Source of the DNA: Mustelus asterias
Lineage: Eukaryota
Length of the DNA stretch: 64,000 nt
Direction: 5' to 3'
NCBI RefSeq assembly: GCF_964213995.1
Contig: NW_027590116.1
Coordinates: 186,001 to 250,000 of the forward strand
The translations under genes and the position numbers were made by a program. Positions 12,276 to 25,744 of this stretch are shown one piece after another. Every line of letters starts with the position of its first letter. Position 1 is the first letter of the stretch. Below the pieces are notes generated by a model, which did no database searches, had not been told where the DNA came from, and saw only the letters and a program-made list of their open reading frames with translations.

Positions 12276-12601
12276 TTAATCTCAAGTAAGACAGTGAAAA
12301 GTTAATAAGAGTGTAAGGAAACAAAACTCACCCCTGCTCGTCCAAGCCCTGTGAGCCAAAGCCCTGACAGCTCACTCAACTTCCCACTCACTCTGCTGCC
12401 CGCTACGATGCTGCCCGCTGTATACTTTGGTGCACTTTTAAACCCTCCAAAAACTTCCCCTGGCCTCTCCTGGCCTGACTTCCGGTTTTGAAAAAAACCT
12501 CCGATTTTAAACCCAAAATTAACTGAAAAAATAAATAATTAATTACAGTCAGAAAACCCACTTTCTTCCCCTCAGCCTGCTCCTGGGAACAACTCCTTAA
12601 A

Positions 12602-13234
12602 ATATGTTGCAGAAATCTGAAAAGGTAACACTGCACCGTGAAATCCGCAGTGGTGACTCTGGGAACAGTCACTGGGTTGAGCTGTTTAAAAAACGTGTTC
12701 TGGTGTTTTACGTTCACAGCTTCATATGCGTTTACAAAAGGACTATGGCTTTGTAGACGTATAAGTGGCTTTATAACCTCCCCTATTTGGGGATCAATCG
12801 AATTGCTGCAATATATTTTAACACCTTCTATTCCACTTGTCCTGATTATAATGCTCAATACCTTCACCGTCAGAAACATTTTAGTGACCAGCAGAGCCCG
12901 CAGGAGACTCCATGCTCAGAGCATTGAGAAGACTCATTTTGATCCAGAAATGGAGAATCGGAGGAAATCCATTATTTTACTGTTTGCTATATCAGCGAAT
13001 TTTATTCTGTTATGGGCATTGTTGGTGTTTTATTCCATACAGACATGCATGACGTTTCTCCAGATTACGGATATTGCTGTGGACTATTTTATCATAAAAT
13101 TGGGCACCATGTTTCAACTTCTAAGTTGCTGCACAAACACTTGCATCTATGCAATAACACAGACAAAGTTCAGGCAGCAGGTGAGAACTATGCTAAAATA
13201 TCCCTTCAGTAGAATTGTGAAATCTATCCAATGA
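12602..13234 (+). pseudogene. GPR139-like GPCR gene 1, exon 2 3' part (ICL2-TM7)
   Basis: Resumes ICCRNLKR*HCTVKSAVV (in-frame TAA 12626-12628), then DPEMENRRKSIILLFAIS and FQLLSCCTNTCIY, ending at TGA 13234. The reconstructed protein is about 360 aa. Confidence 0.9.
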
Positions 13235-13483
13235 TTCGAATAGATGAATAATTGAAATTTCCCATAAAGTCAATATCTAATTTTACTTGGAAATGGACCA
13301 ATTATTTTAAATTGTAGACAGCGTGTGGTTGGTTTATGTCGCTGTCCATGTGCAGCAAATATCCCTGCACTAATAGAACATGTGGTGCATCTTAATCTAT
13401 GATAGGAACGGTTGGGGGATGGTTGGGAGGGGAATGACAGAGTGGGGGGGGGGGGTGGGTGGCGTTGGGTGCAGAGCCTGTCA

Positions 13484-15178
13484 TTGCATCGGTATTCACG
13501 AAGGAGAGGGGCGTGTTAACCGGGAGTGTCTCGGAGGGAGGTGTTGACCCGTTAGAGAAAATCTCCATTACGAGAGAGGAAGTGTTAGGTTTTTTAGGGA
13601 ACATTAAAACTGACAAAGCCCCAGGGCCTGATGGCATCTATCCTCGACTGCTCAGGGAGACGAGAGAGGAAATTGCTGGGCCTCTGACGGAAATCTTTGT
13701 CGCTTCTTTGGACACGGGTGAGGTCCCTGAGGATTGGAGGATAGCGAATGTGGTCCCGTTGTTTAAGAAGGGTAGCAGGGATAACCCAGGAAATTATAGG
13801 CCGGTGAGCTTGACGTCCGTGGTAGGGAAGTTGTTGGAGAGGATTCTTAGAGACAGGATGTATGTGCATTTAGAACGGAACAATCTCATTAGTGACAGAC
13901 AGCATGGTTTTGTAAGAGGGAGGTCGTGCCTTACAAATTTGGTGGAGTTTTTTGAGGAAGTGGCAAAAACGGTTGATGAAGGAAGGGCCGTGGATGTCGT
14001 CTATATGGATTTCAGTAAGGCATTTGACAAAGTCCCACATGGCAGGTTGGTTAAGAAGGGTAAGGCTCATGGGATACAAGGAGAAGTGGCTCGATGGGTG
14101 GAGAACTGGCTTGGCCATAGGAGACAGAGGGTAGTGGTCGAAGGGTCTTTTTCCGGCTGGAGGTCTGTGACCAGTGGTGTTCCGCAGGGCTCTGTACTGG
14201 GACCTCTGCTATTTGTGATATATATAAATGATTTGGAGGAAGGTGTAACTGGTGTAATCAGCAAGTTTGCGGATGACACAAAGATGGCTGGAATTGCGGA
14301 TAGCGAAGAGCATTGTCGGGCAATACAGCAGGATATAGATAGGCTGGAAAATTGGGCGGAGAGGTGGCAGATGGAATTTAATCCGGATAAATGCGAAGTG
14401 ATGCATTTTGGAAGAAATAATGTAGGGAGGAGTTATGCAATAAATGGCAGAGTCATCAGGAGTATAGAAACACAGAGGGACCTAGGTGTGCAAGTCCACA
14501 AATCCTTGAAGGTGGCAACACAGGTGGAGAAGGTGGTGAAGAAGGCATATGGTATGCTTGCCTTTATAGGACGGGGTATAGAGTATAAAAGCTGGAGTCT
14601 GATGATGCAGCTGTATAGAATGCTGGTTAGGCCGCATTTGGAGTACTGCGTCCAGTTCTGGTCGCCGCACTACCAGAAGGACGTGGAGGCATTGGAGAGA
14701 GTGCAGAGAAGGTTTACCAGGATGTTGCCTGGTATGGAGGGTCTTAACTATGAGGAGAGATTGGGTAGACTGGGGTTGTTCTCCTTGGAAAGACGGAGAA
14801 TGAGGGGAGATCTAATAGAGGTATACAAGATTATGAAGGGTATAGATAGGGTGAACAGTGGGAAGCTTTTTCCCAGGTCGGAGGTGACGATCACGAGGGG
14901 TCACGGGCTCAAGCTGAGAGGGGCGAAGTATAACTCAGACATCAGAGGGACGTTTTTTACACAGAGGGTGGTTGGGGCCTGGAATGCGCTGCCAAGTAGT
15001 GTGGTGGAGGCAGGCACGCTGACATCGTTTAAGACTTACCTGGATCGTCACATGAGCAGCCTGGGAATGGAGGGATGCAAACGATTGGTCTAGTTGGACC
15101 AAGGAGCGGCACAGGCTTGGAGGGCCGAAGGGCCTGTTTCCTGTGCTGTACTGTTCTTTCTTGTTCTTTGTTCTTTGT
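13484..15178 (+). mobile_element. 5'-truncated young CR1 LINE (second subfamily) with an uninterrupted RT frame
   Basis: Open RT frame to 15093 (FADD), 3'UTR GGGCCGAAGGGCCTG stem, (TTCTTTG)n tail. Confidence 0.93.
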
Positions 15179-16044
15179 ATTATGGCAACAGACTGGCTGA
15201 AGAATATCTCTATTGCAACAGGGATGGAATGCAGTCAAAATGATGGTAGCAGAGCAGGGCGGAGGATTGCCGCTAATCGAACAAAGCATGTAAGGTGCCA
15301 GCACTGTGCTGGCAGAGCATGGGTAAGAGCTCTATGCGCTTTCACAGAGTAGGGATGGGACCTGTCACTTTGGTAATATGTTGATGAGTTTGGAATGATG
15401 TTAATCTCTTAGTAACGCAATACAAATTGTGCTGCCATTGTGGTGAAACGTGCAGCCATGGGATTTCTCTTTAGTTGCAGCGATGTGGTGTGGCAGTTTT
15501 CAGCCAGAATTGGAGGATCTGTTTATGTTGGTATGCGTTAACAATATTTCAGAGTCTATGTTAGATTTTGTGCCTATTAGATTCAGGGCCCCCATTAGTT
15601 TCAGGGTCTTTGTCAGTATAAAGGTCTCTTTCAGTTGCAGCAACATGAATTGCAGTCTCACCGAAGAGCCCCCATTCCAGACCCCTCCCCCTTCAATCAC
15701 TGCAAATCACAAACACTTTTAGAACAGTACAACTGCATCTAATGGGAACTCTCTGTTTGGACATTGTCATGTGAGCGTACATTAAAGCAATGTAAATGCC
15801 ATGCAGCTTACAGCTTGAGCGATGTCATTGGGGGGCTGCAGCTAAGCTGTGGCAGTCAGGTGATAGGGTTTGTTTCCTTTGGGCTTTCAGTTACGTTTTT
15901 GGAAGCAGTTTACCTGCAAGCTAAGAAGCAGACTGCATTTCTCCCTGTTTTTTCTCTTTGTTTGGTTCTGCCTTAAAGGATCTGTGTTCTGGGAAAATAG
16001 ATCCGACTACAACCTCTTCTGACTTTCTTCACAAGGAAAACATG

Positions 16045-16235
16045 GCAAATAGGAATGGGAGGAGACTATTCAGCCCATCGCAGGCCTGCACCGACAACTG
16101 TCCCACCCTATCCCATAACACTGCAAACTTACCCTGCCGATTCCCCTGAAACTAGAGACAATTTGTCATGGCCCATCAACCTAACCCTCACATCTTTTGA
16201 CTGTGGGAGGGAGACGGAGCACCCGGAGGAAACCA
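16045..16235 (-). mobile_element. SINE 3' fragment
   Basis: GGAGACTATTCAGCCCATCG...ACTGTGGGAGG...GGAGCACCCGG. Confidence 0.65.
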
Positions 16236-16282
16236 TGGTCAGCCATGATCACAATGGATGGCACAATGGATTGCAATAGATC

Positions 16283-16541
16283 ACAGGCTTTGAATTGAGG
16301 CCTAGTCACATAGGCCTTGAATTGATGGCTTGTCACATACAACTGGAATTGAGGCCTAGTCACACAGGCCTTGAATTGAGTCTTCATCACACAGGCCTTG
16401 AATTGAGGCCTAGTAACACCCAACTTGAATTGAAGCTTGGTCATATAGACCTTAAACTGAGGCCGAGTCTGCAGGTTTTGTATTGAGGTCGAGTCACACA
16501 GAAGTTGAATTGAGTCCTAGTCACACTGACCTTGAATTGAG
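16283..16541. repeat. 27-bp minisatellite, left part (consensus TGAATTGAGGCCTAGTCACACAGGCCT)
   Basis: About 9.5 degenerate tandem units counted by eye. Confidence 0.9.
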
Positions 16542-17757
16542 AAGGAGGCCAAAGAGCTGGATGAGGGTAAAGCAGTTGATGTGGTGTATATGGATTTCAG
16601 TAAAGCGTTTGATGAGGTTCCCCACAGTTAGACATTTCAGAAGATACGGAGGCATGGGATTGAGGGTGATTTAGTGCTTTGGATCAGGAATTGGCAAGCT
16701 GTAAGAAGACAGAGGTTGGTGGTTGATGGGAAATGTTCATCCTGGAGTTCAGTTACGAGTGGTGTCCCGCAAGGATCTGTTTTGGGTCCACTGCTGCTTG
16801 TCATTTTTATAAATGTCCTGGATGAGGGCGTAGAAGGATGGGTTAGTAAATTTGCGGATGACAGTAAAGTCGGTGGTTGTGGACACTGCTGAAGGTTGTT
16901 GCAGGTTACAGAGAGACACAGATAAGTTGCAGTGCTGGGCCTGAGAGGTGGCAAATGGAGTTCAATGCGGAAAAGTGTGAGATGATTCACTTTGGAAGGA
17001 GTAACAGGACTACAAAGTACTGGGCTAATGGTAAGATCCTCGGTCGTGTGGATGAACAGAGAGATCTCGGTGTCCATGTACAAAGATCCCTGAAAGTTGG
17101 CACCTAGGTTGATAGAGTTGTTAAGAAGGCGTATTGAGTGTTAGCTTTTATTGGAAGAGGGATTGAGTTTTGGAACCAGGAGGTCATGTTGCAGCTGTTC
17201 AAAACTCTGGTGCAGCTGCACTTGGAGTATTGCATACAGTTCTGGTCGCCACATTATAGGAAGGATGTGGAAGCATTGGAAAGGGTGCAGAGGAGATTTA
17301 CTAGGATGTTGCCTGGTATGGTGGGAAGGTCTTCTGAGGAAAGGCTGAGGGACTTACGGTTGTTTTCGTTGGAGAGAAGAAGGTTAAGAGGTGACTTAAT
17401 AGAGGCATACAAGATGATGAGAGGATTAGATAGGGTGGATAGTGAGAGACTTTTTCCTCGGATGGTGACAGCTAGCACGAGGAGATATAGCTTTAAATTG
17501 AGTGGTGATAGATATAGGACAGATGTCAGTGGTAGGTTCTTTACTCAGAGAGTAGTAAGGGCGTGGAATGCCCTGCCTGCAGCAGTAGTGGACTCGCCAA
17601 CATTTAGGGCATTTAAATGGTAATTGGATAAACATATGGATGATATTGGAATAGTGTAGGTTAGATGGGCTTGAGATTGGTTTCACTGGTCGGTGCAACA
17701 TTGAGGGCCGAAGGGCCTGTACTGCGCTGTAATGTTCTATGTTCTATGTTCTATGAG
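16538..17757 (+). mobile_element. 5'-truncated decayed CR1 LINE inserted in the 27-bp minisatellite
   Basis: RT fragments ([15 protein letters not shown]) with stops and frameshifts, (TTCTATG)n tail, and TGAG at both junctions. Confidence 0.9.
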
Positions 17758-17856
17758 GCCTAGTCAGACAGAACTTGAATTGAGAACTAGTCACACAGCC
17801 CTTAAATTGAAGCCCAGTCGCACAGGCTCTGAATTGACGCCTAGTCAGAAAAGCTG
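17754..17856. repeat. 27-bp minisatellite, right part
   Basis: About 3.5 further units resume in register after the CR1 tail. Confidence 0.85.
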
Positions 17857-19419
17857 CATTATACCTCAGGTGCAAAGAACAAGTCCCTGTCCCACCGCAC
17901 CCCCCTCCCCCACCCCTAGTGAAACTGAACAACCCTTTGCATCCACAAATCCCACCACCCTGTCTGAAAACACAAGCAGGACCCAGGCTCAGGAATGTGA
18001 ATTTCAGCTCCCTCTCCCTCCCGAGTGCTTCGCAGTGAGAGAGGGAGACTGAAAATGTTACAAACAGAAACTCAGTAAAAGTAGATTGAAGCGCTGCCCG
18101 GGTCTCTCACACAGCACCGTGACATTACTGAGAGTAAAGCACAGGCACTGTCCAATTGGTCAATTAAACCGGGTCCCAATCGCAGCCTTTTTCATTCTAA
18201 GCCCCTGTGAGAACTCGACTGAAACTTCTTTTCTATAGCTCTGCCTTACCCTGTTCCTCTCTATATCCCACCCTCCTTTCCCTCAATCTTTTATGTTTAA
18301 AATGTGGACACTGATGCAGTGTGAAGAATATGTGGCGGGTTTACGAAGCACAGAGCATGAACGCACACCAAGATCCCCCCCCCCCCCCCCGCCCACACAC
18401 ACACACAGTCTGAACATGTCCAGATACAACGTGATATTTAAGTGTGGATTTCGGTAAAGCTATTGGGCAATGAGGGACCACACCTCTCCCTCTCCCTCTC
18501 TCTCCCTCCCTCCGCCCATATTCCTTCCACCCCTCCCCAGTTAAAATAATAACAAGTCACTCCAGGTTTGTTGCTGTTTGTGCATCTGACATGAACAGGG
18601 AACCTTCCACTTCTACGGCAGTCACTCCTCTCTGTTTCCCTCTCTGATTCCCTCTCTTTGTTACCTCCACTATCTCTGTCCCGATCCACATCCCTCCTCT
18701 CTCTCTCTCTCCTGCTACTGATGATCTAACTCTGTTCTCTCTCTCTCTGCCTGTTCATCTCCCCCTATCTCTGTGCGCACCCATCGCCCTCCTCTCTCTC
18801 ACTCGCCTGCTCTGGATAATCTCTCTCTCTCTGATGATGAATCTGGATTGAAATGCTCTCTGAAAGATTTCTGTCTGACCATTTTAAATCATGTCACCCT
18901 GTGACCACTCTTTCTGTTGATCACTGATTCACATCGAGAAATGAGGCTGGGGGCAGCCGTGGGAAATGGAAGTAATCACAGTCAGTTGTCAGTACACTGA
19001 ATTTGGTGAGCGAAACCACAGTCTCCCAACAGGATAGGCTGCAAGAAAAAGATGCACAGCAAGATCCCACAAGCAAACGGCTCAGTTACCCTCCAGTTCC
19101 CCCCTCTCTCACTGTTACCCTAAATTTCCCATTTATCTCCCTCTCTCTGATAACTCGAAATCAAAGGAGAATGATGGGAGACAGAGAAAGAGAGAGGGAG
19201 AGCAGGAAAACCCACAATCTCTTCCTGAATAAAATGAATTAAGATCCACTTCATTAAAGCAGAGAATGCTCCTATGAAAATTTTCCCCGCAACAGCCGAA
19301 CGGCGTCGCTGCTCTGCTGCCCTTGCTGGATGCTTGCCTTAATTCGAACACGGAGGGTGTATTCTGCAGTTCCACTTTCTGGAAGCAGTGTCTGCGTCTA
19401 TGAAAATTAGCTTGCCCAA

Positions 19420-19655
19420 CACTATTGATAATTATAGTTTCCAGGTCCTCACCTGCCATAGTCTTGTGGTCATAAATTTTTGGCATTTTGTTTGTGTCTT
19501 CCACTGTGAAGACTGACACAAAATATCTGTTCAATGCCTCGTCCATTTCCTCCTTGCCAGTTATTACAACCCCGTTCTCATCCTCTGAAGGCCCAATGTT
19601 TACTTTAGCCAATCGTTTTCGTTTTTTTAAATTTGTTGAAACTTCTGCTATCTCT
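19420..19655 (-). mobile_element. CR1 ORF2 internal fragment
   Basis: AKVNIGPSEDENG...ALNRYFVSVFTVEDT, homologous to 43970-44180. Confidence 0.8.
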
Positions 19656-19739
19656 TAGGCTCAGATAGGAAAAGTATTATTTTATGCATGACATGTGGCA
19701 GCATCCTTAATGCCAACCTTACCAGGCTTCAGAAAGGAG

Positions 19740-21330
19740 ATGGATGATGCCTGTCCTCCAGTTAATGACGTGTGTGAAATATTAGATGCAATGCGCATTA
19801 AGAGAGAGAAGTGCTGGTGGGACAACCATGCCTGAAAGGAGATAGATGATCAGAGCCCGATTAATTTCTTCTCATGCACTGAAATGAAGCTTAGGATGAA
19901 AGACTAAATTTCCTGAGGATCAGCTTTCAATCTTCACGCGGCAGAGGGCAGAGTACTGAAAGCCTGAAGGCCTATGCACGTTGTACTTTTGTTTACACAC
20001 AAGTGTGATTGATAGGCCAAATGGCTATAAGCCAGTCACTCTGTGACAGTGGGTGTACAGTTTAATAGAATATTTTCTCAGAGACTGGATGAAGTGTCAC
20101 TTAGAACGGCAAGTGTTAATCAAGGGCAGTCTCCGTGACTTTGCTCTGGATAAGTTGTATATTAAAATCTTAATTAAAATATTTGAGGAGCTAAAACGGA
20201 TGATTGATCAGGTCCATTTTGCACATGTGGTCAACATGGATTTAGTCGGGAATATGATCTTTGAAACGTGGCTGGGAGGTAAAATCCCGTGTTACAGCAG
20301 AATATGCAAGGTTGGATTGGCTCAGTCACCGGAAACAAGGGATTATAATTCACACATTTTGGTGAATGGAATGTGGTTTCCAGTGGAATTTCACATAGCT
20401 CAGTCCTGGCCTCCTGCTGTTGTTATCACATTCCATTGACATGGAGTTATCGGTGGCAGGCATGATTGGTAAATTATCTGTTGATTCAAAAAGCGATCGA
20501 ACGTTAATGGTGAAAACCATAGCAGTTTTCTCCAGAATGACACCAATATTTGGGTTTAGAAATCAGAAAAGTGGCAAATAGAAGTCAGTTGGAGAAGTGT
20601 GAAGTGATGCAGTTCGGAGGGAACAGAAAACAATGGAATTCATCACAACTGAAAAGATTTTGGGAACTGTGAAGGAAATTAGAGTTATTGCAGTTTGTGT
20701 CCAAATTTCCCTGAAAGTGACAGGACAGGTCGGTAATCTGGTAAAGAAGGAAAATGCAATGCTTTCCTTAATTGGACCTAGTCGAGAATATCAACCCAGT
20801 GCGGTGATGCCGGATTAATAGAAAAACACCTGTTAGGCCACAGCTGGACGTCTGCATCCGGTTCCGTCAATCAGATTACAACGAGAATATAATTGTATTT
20901 GCTTAATTGTGTAAAAAGACTTGCAAGAATCGTGCTGAGCTTGATAATTGTACATATGAGGAAATCTGGGCAGCTTAACATTGTTCACCGGGGAACACAG
21001 TCGGATGAGTTGTAACTTGATTGAATCATCGAAGTCTCTGTTGGTTCTAAAATGAGTTAGCAAGAAATATCTGTCTCGCCTAATGGATAGAACAATTACT
21101 GGGGAGCATAGTTTTAAGTGGCTTGATGGGAAAACTGGAGGTTGCATTTGGCCAATTGTTTTTCATGCAAAGGGCAGCTGTAGTCCGGAATTAACCTCTT
21201 CAGTTGAAACAGAAACCTAAACTGATAAAACTGTACCGGGGTGCGAATCTGAATTGCTGTAACTGACAAGGGTATCAGTCGAGTTCAGTTCCGTCTGATG
21301 GGAATATATCAACACAGACACGATCACTGA
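19740..21330 (+). mobile_element. Highly decayed ancient CR1 RT region
   Basis: Collinear degenerate matches to CR1 RT, e.g. AAGTGGCAAATAGAA...GAAGTGTGAAGTGATGCA. No long ORF. Confidence 0.6.
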
Positions 21331-21949
21331 ATGATCACTTGTCCGTACCCTACTTTTTATGATGTTCTATATTTTTTGTTTCAGTATCTATGCAGCATGT
21401 TTTGTATCTGATTTAATGTGTACATTTACGTGCTGTGTTACGCAAGTTGCACTCTGTTTCTCTTTCTCCCGCTTTGACAACCTTTGCTCACCGTGTATCA
21501 TTCCAATTCATTTTTCTCAGATTCTGCTCCAGTGTTTCTGGAGACGCTGTTTTCTGATTATTATCCGTGTTCTAAAATTCCAACACGTTGTTCTCAGCTT
21601 CTGTTTGTTTCACTCCCCTCACTCAAGACGCTGTTCACTCTTTATGACATCGGCGATGCTCCACCTGGCACATAGAGAAGCACTGTTCAAGAGACTATTT
21701 ATTAAGAGAAGAGGGCTGCCCTCCATTGGTACAATTATGATGCGAGGACAATTAAATTAATCACAGTCAGTGAAAAGCAGATTCATTCACACCTTTAAAT
21801 CCCATACGTTTTACTCTCACAATGAAGTAGAGCACGTACCCACTCTGTGTGAGATGTATAGTACTTGCAGATTCAGGATATACTGGAGTCAGCAGAGTCT
21901 TTAAACACTCCTTATCTATGGAATTGAGTCTCTGGACTGTGGGTTCTGA

Positions 21950-22990
21950 ATATTCCACATTCTTTATAAAAAGAGAGCGGGAAAATCCGTGCGACTTCAG
22001 ACCAGTCCATGCAATATTGCTGAAACGATGCATCAAGTTTCAAGTTCCATAATTAGGAACAACATAGTGTTTGCCTTTAAAAAAACAGCAAACAATGACT
22101 CGCACAAGAATGTTAATAATAAATAATGTCCGATAAACTTGTTGCAGTTCTTTGATAAAGTAATGGAAAGGTTGGTGTTGGAGATCATGCACTTTTATAT
22201 GGATTATCAGTTGTCCTTTCATAAACTGATTAAAGTGGTTGTGTCAATTTTGTTGTAACAATGGTTAGAAGACTAAAAAAGAGAAAAGTTGTGGATGATG
22301 CTTTTTTTTACCAGACGTAAAGAACATCTTTCAGACCCTGAGTTAGCCTTGAACAAATGACATACTTATTTCTCATGGGCACAATTTCAATAATTGCGAT
22401 AACGGGTCATTCAATGGAACGTGGTCATCGCTGACACGGTGGCACAGTGGTAAGCACTGCTGCCTCAAAGTTCAAGGACCCGGCTTCGATCCGGACACAG
22501 GTGACTGCGTGAAGTTTGTACGTTTCCCCGAAGTCTGCGTGGTTCTCCATCGGGTGATCAGGTTTCCTCTCACAGCACAAAGATGTCCATGTTTCTTATT
22601 GCCCTAAGATATGGCGGTTGCGTAGGTTCAATCTCACGAAGGTCGATGTGAAGGATGTATAAAACACGGAAAGCAGGAATATATAAAAGACATGGGACAT
22701 TGTTTTAAAGGAGGACAGACAGCGTCAGATGCGTCAACAATCATTTAGGAAGGTGATAGGAGAAATAAAATTATTGCTAAATTCATCCAATGTGGAATTA
22801 AAAAAAGAGGCTTAGAGTGTCAAAACATGTTTCTTATCTCTCACGGAGTACGTGTCAGTTGAGATATTGTGAGTAATTCTGGCCATTGAATATTAGAAAG
22901 CTGCAAAGAGTTTGAAGAGAGTGCAGAGGAGATTTCCTAAAAAAATACCGGGAGAAATCAAAGCTAAGTGAGGGAGACGAGGTAAGATGG
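21950..22990 (+). mobile_element. Decayed CR1 fragments with SINE head inserted at ~22433-22600
   Basis: Degenerate RT pieces and a CACGGTGGCACAGTGGTAAGCACTGCTGCCTCA head. Confidence 0.55.
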
Positions 22991-25509
22991 CTGCTTGTCT
23001 CTCCTTACATCAGAGGAAATAAACCAGGTAATGGAACTAAGTCTGAGAGAGACAGAGAGGCAGACAGACAGACAGAAACAGAGACAGAGACACAGGGAGG
23101 GACAGACACACTGGTCCTCCTTAGACATCCATATATCTGTAACTTCCTTTAACTCCCATAACCTCTCTGCATTGCTCCAAGCTGGCCTCTTGAGTATGCA
23201 CGAGAATCATCCATTCAACATTGCAGAAATGTCAGCAGCTGCTTTAAGCCTAACTCTGCTTTTCTTTTTTCCTAACACGCTCTGTCATCATAAGCCCCTT
23301 TAAGATGCTTTTTACTACTCATTGGCCTGGCCGGATATTTGTCCTCCTTCTTACCAGGGATTCGCAGGACCACAAAACTTTTAAGGCACGGAATGAGTTT
23401 ATTCGTATTGTGCCTGTTCTGGTGTCTGAATGAAAAATACACCCAGTGTCATTGGCCCACCTTCTGCTCCGACCCCACAGTATTTTTCCTTTTCAGATAA
23501 CGAATGCAATTACTCTAGTGAGGTTGAAGCCACTATGTCAGAAGCCTACCATTGATCAAGTGTAAGTGATGTTCTGCCCGAAACCTTCCATGATTCACCT
23601 GGAGGAAGGAATATATTGGTCACTGACATCTTACTGGACTTCCTTTAGGTCTCGATAGTAATGGGAAGGGTGTGTGATGTCATGAAATGCAACGGCAGCA
23701 CCTGTATCAGAAGAAGGACAAGATGGTTTACCTCACAATTGTTGATGTTGGACATCCCTCTAATGTCTAACTGAACCGCAGTGTCCATTTTGACTTAGAC
23801 ACGAGACTGAACAGTAGGCCATTCCACACTTTGAGCCTGCTCCGCCATTCATTATGATCATGGCTGATCTTCAAATTCAATATCCTGATTCCCTATTTCC
23901 CCCATATCCCTTCATCCCTTTAGCCCCATTACTATATCTAATTTATTCTTGAAATGAGACAAGGACTAGTTCGAGTCCGAGTGCAGCTTCTCATTTGGTA
24001 AAATAAACATCGGTCTGAATAGTGCTGTCTTCATTCTGCCCACGTCCCGCGTTCAGTGCAAGTGGAAGTGAGTTTTGTTTATTTTTAGAGCAAATAAGCT
24101 ATCTATTTTTAAAAAAATATCCAATAAACTGAGGGGCAGATATGAGGAGCCACGTCTCAAGGAAGTGAACGTAGGAAGCCCATTCATACTGCCACAAGGA
24201 TATTGTGTTCAATCAGCAAATGACTGCTAACTGAACCGGTACTTCCATGGAGGCAACTTCAGTCCATGGGGATCACCAATTTGGACCAAATTTATTGCTT
24301 CCTCATTCCGTGACAGAACTGGAGCCAATTGGCCAATGGTGTGGCAGTGGAGAGTGTAGTAGATTATGTCAGGAGTAGCAGCAAATATTCTGCAAAATGA
24401 GGTGCCATCCTGGTGAAGCTACATCAATGGAATAATTGCAAGCCCAGCCGCTTGCATTAAGAGAGGTCTGTGACCCCGTGTCAAAAGATCGGACCACAGG
24501 TTTGCAGTCAGGTCACGCTAAGGCGTGGCGCGCAAACATAAAGCAAACTCGTTGCACTTATATCACAAGCCAAAATGATGGAATGCCCAGATCATCAGTG
24601 TAAAAGACATGCAGAAGCATTTGTAACACCTCGAGGCACATTTACGGAAGGATGGTATATCTCGACCTCCTCCTGAAGTCCACAGCATTAAAAAGTGCTC
24701 GTCTTCAGCCAATTTGATCAAGTCTACGTGATATGAAGAAACAGTTAAACTTGCATTTGTTTATGTTTTAGTCTCTTCAGGAAAGTTACAGCTGTGGTTG
24801 TCACCAGTTACGGGAAACATTTGGGAAACCACTTTAGCGCCGTCTTCCACCATCACTCTGACACTCCAGTGGTTATCGATTGAAAATGGGACGATTTGGA
24901 CATCAGCAGTGGGCAGCTTGTATATCGTCCACAGTGATGCACAGTGAAGTATTAGATCCTATCCTGAGCTGGACTCATTACTGTAAAACACTCACACCGT
25001 GCTCAAGGCTCTCAGGCTGGCTGGCAACTGGTGTCTGTTAAATTCCGTGTTCCAGGAAAATATTTAAGAGGCTGTAAACCAGCTCAAAATCATCATGGTC
25101 TGTCAGGGCTCAAATGGCCATCATGGAACTCTTTCTATACACACACTGCATTCAGTAACTTCCAAATGTTCATCCCACTCCTCTATACATGAATAAATTA
25201 AGCTTTCAGCTAATGCCCAGAACTGGGATACAATGAAAACATAAATAAAGTTCGCTGCACAGAGATAGAGCGACACTTTCGGCCCATCGAGTCCAAGCAG
25301 CTGAAATCCAATGATTGATCATTTTGCACAGGGTCCCAAGGAAGAGCTGCTGGGTACAAGCGCTGGAGAGTGATAACATTCGGAAACGTTTTGAAAGGGC
25401 TGGGGTCACGGAGTGGGACAAGTGTGCTTGGGGACAAGAGAGTAGCGGGGTGTTAATTTGGAGATTCAGATCGCGGGTTGAGGTGGGAAAGGGGAATACA
25501 TTGTGTCAT

Positions 25510-25741
25510 CGAATCATGGAATCCCGGCAGTGCAGAAGGAGACTATTCAGCCCATCAGGCCTGCACGACAAAAACCCCACACAGGCCCCATCCCTGTAAA
25601 CTTACGTATTTATTTTGTTAATACTCATGACACAAAGGAACAATTTATCATGGCCAAGTAACCAAATCAATGCACCTTTCAACTGTGGGAAGAAATTGGA
25701 GCATTCGGAGGAAACGTATGCTAACGCGAGGAGAATGTGCC
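25510..25741 (-). mobile_element. SINE 3' half, truncated at the CR1 junction
   Basis: Tail GAATCATGGAATCCC...CAGAAGGAG and core through GGAGAATGTGC. Confidence 0.7.
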
Positions 25742-25744
25742 CCT

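Larger units (their letters stand above)
8227..12601 (-). mobile_element. Near full-length CR1 LINE inserted antisense in GPCR gene 1 exon 2
   Basis: Has a 5'UTR, ORF1, ORF2 (APE endonuclease + RT with FADD), a short 3'UTR and an 8-bp (TCTTATGT)n tail. Flanked by ATAT at 8224-8227 and 12602-12605, a candidate TSD. Confidence 0.95.

Noticed and set aside
8527-12279. Plus-strand ORFs antisense to CR1 ORFs
   Set aside because: Shadow ORFs that recur in each CR1 copy, with no independent coding signal.
13459-13483. Novel N-terminus fused to RT (544-aa ORF; similarly 50357-50464)
   Set aside because: Chance open flank upstream of a 5'-truncated CR1, with a non-ATG start.
16283-17856. CRISPR-like array
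   Set aside because: Units are contiguous degenerate tandem repeats with no unique spacers, there are no cas genes, and the context is eukaryotic.
24930-25005. CACAGTG heptamers near CATTACTGT, resembling a V segment with an RSS
   Set aside because: No nonamer at 12- or 23-bp spacing and no Ig V-domain reading frame.
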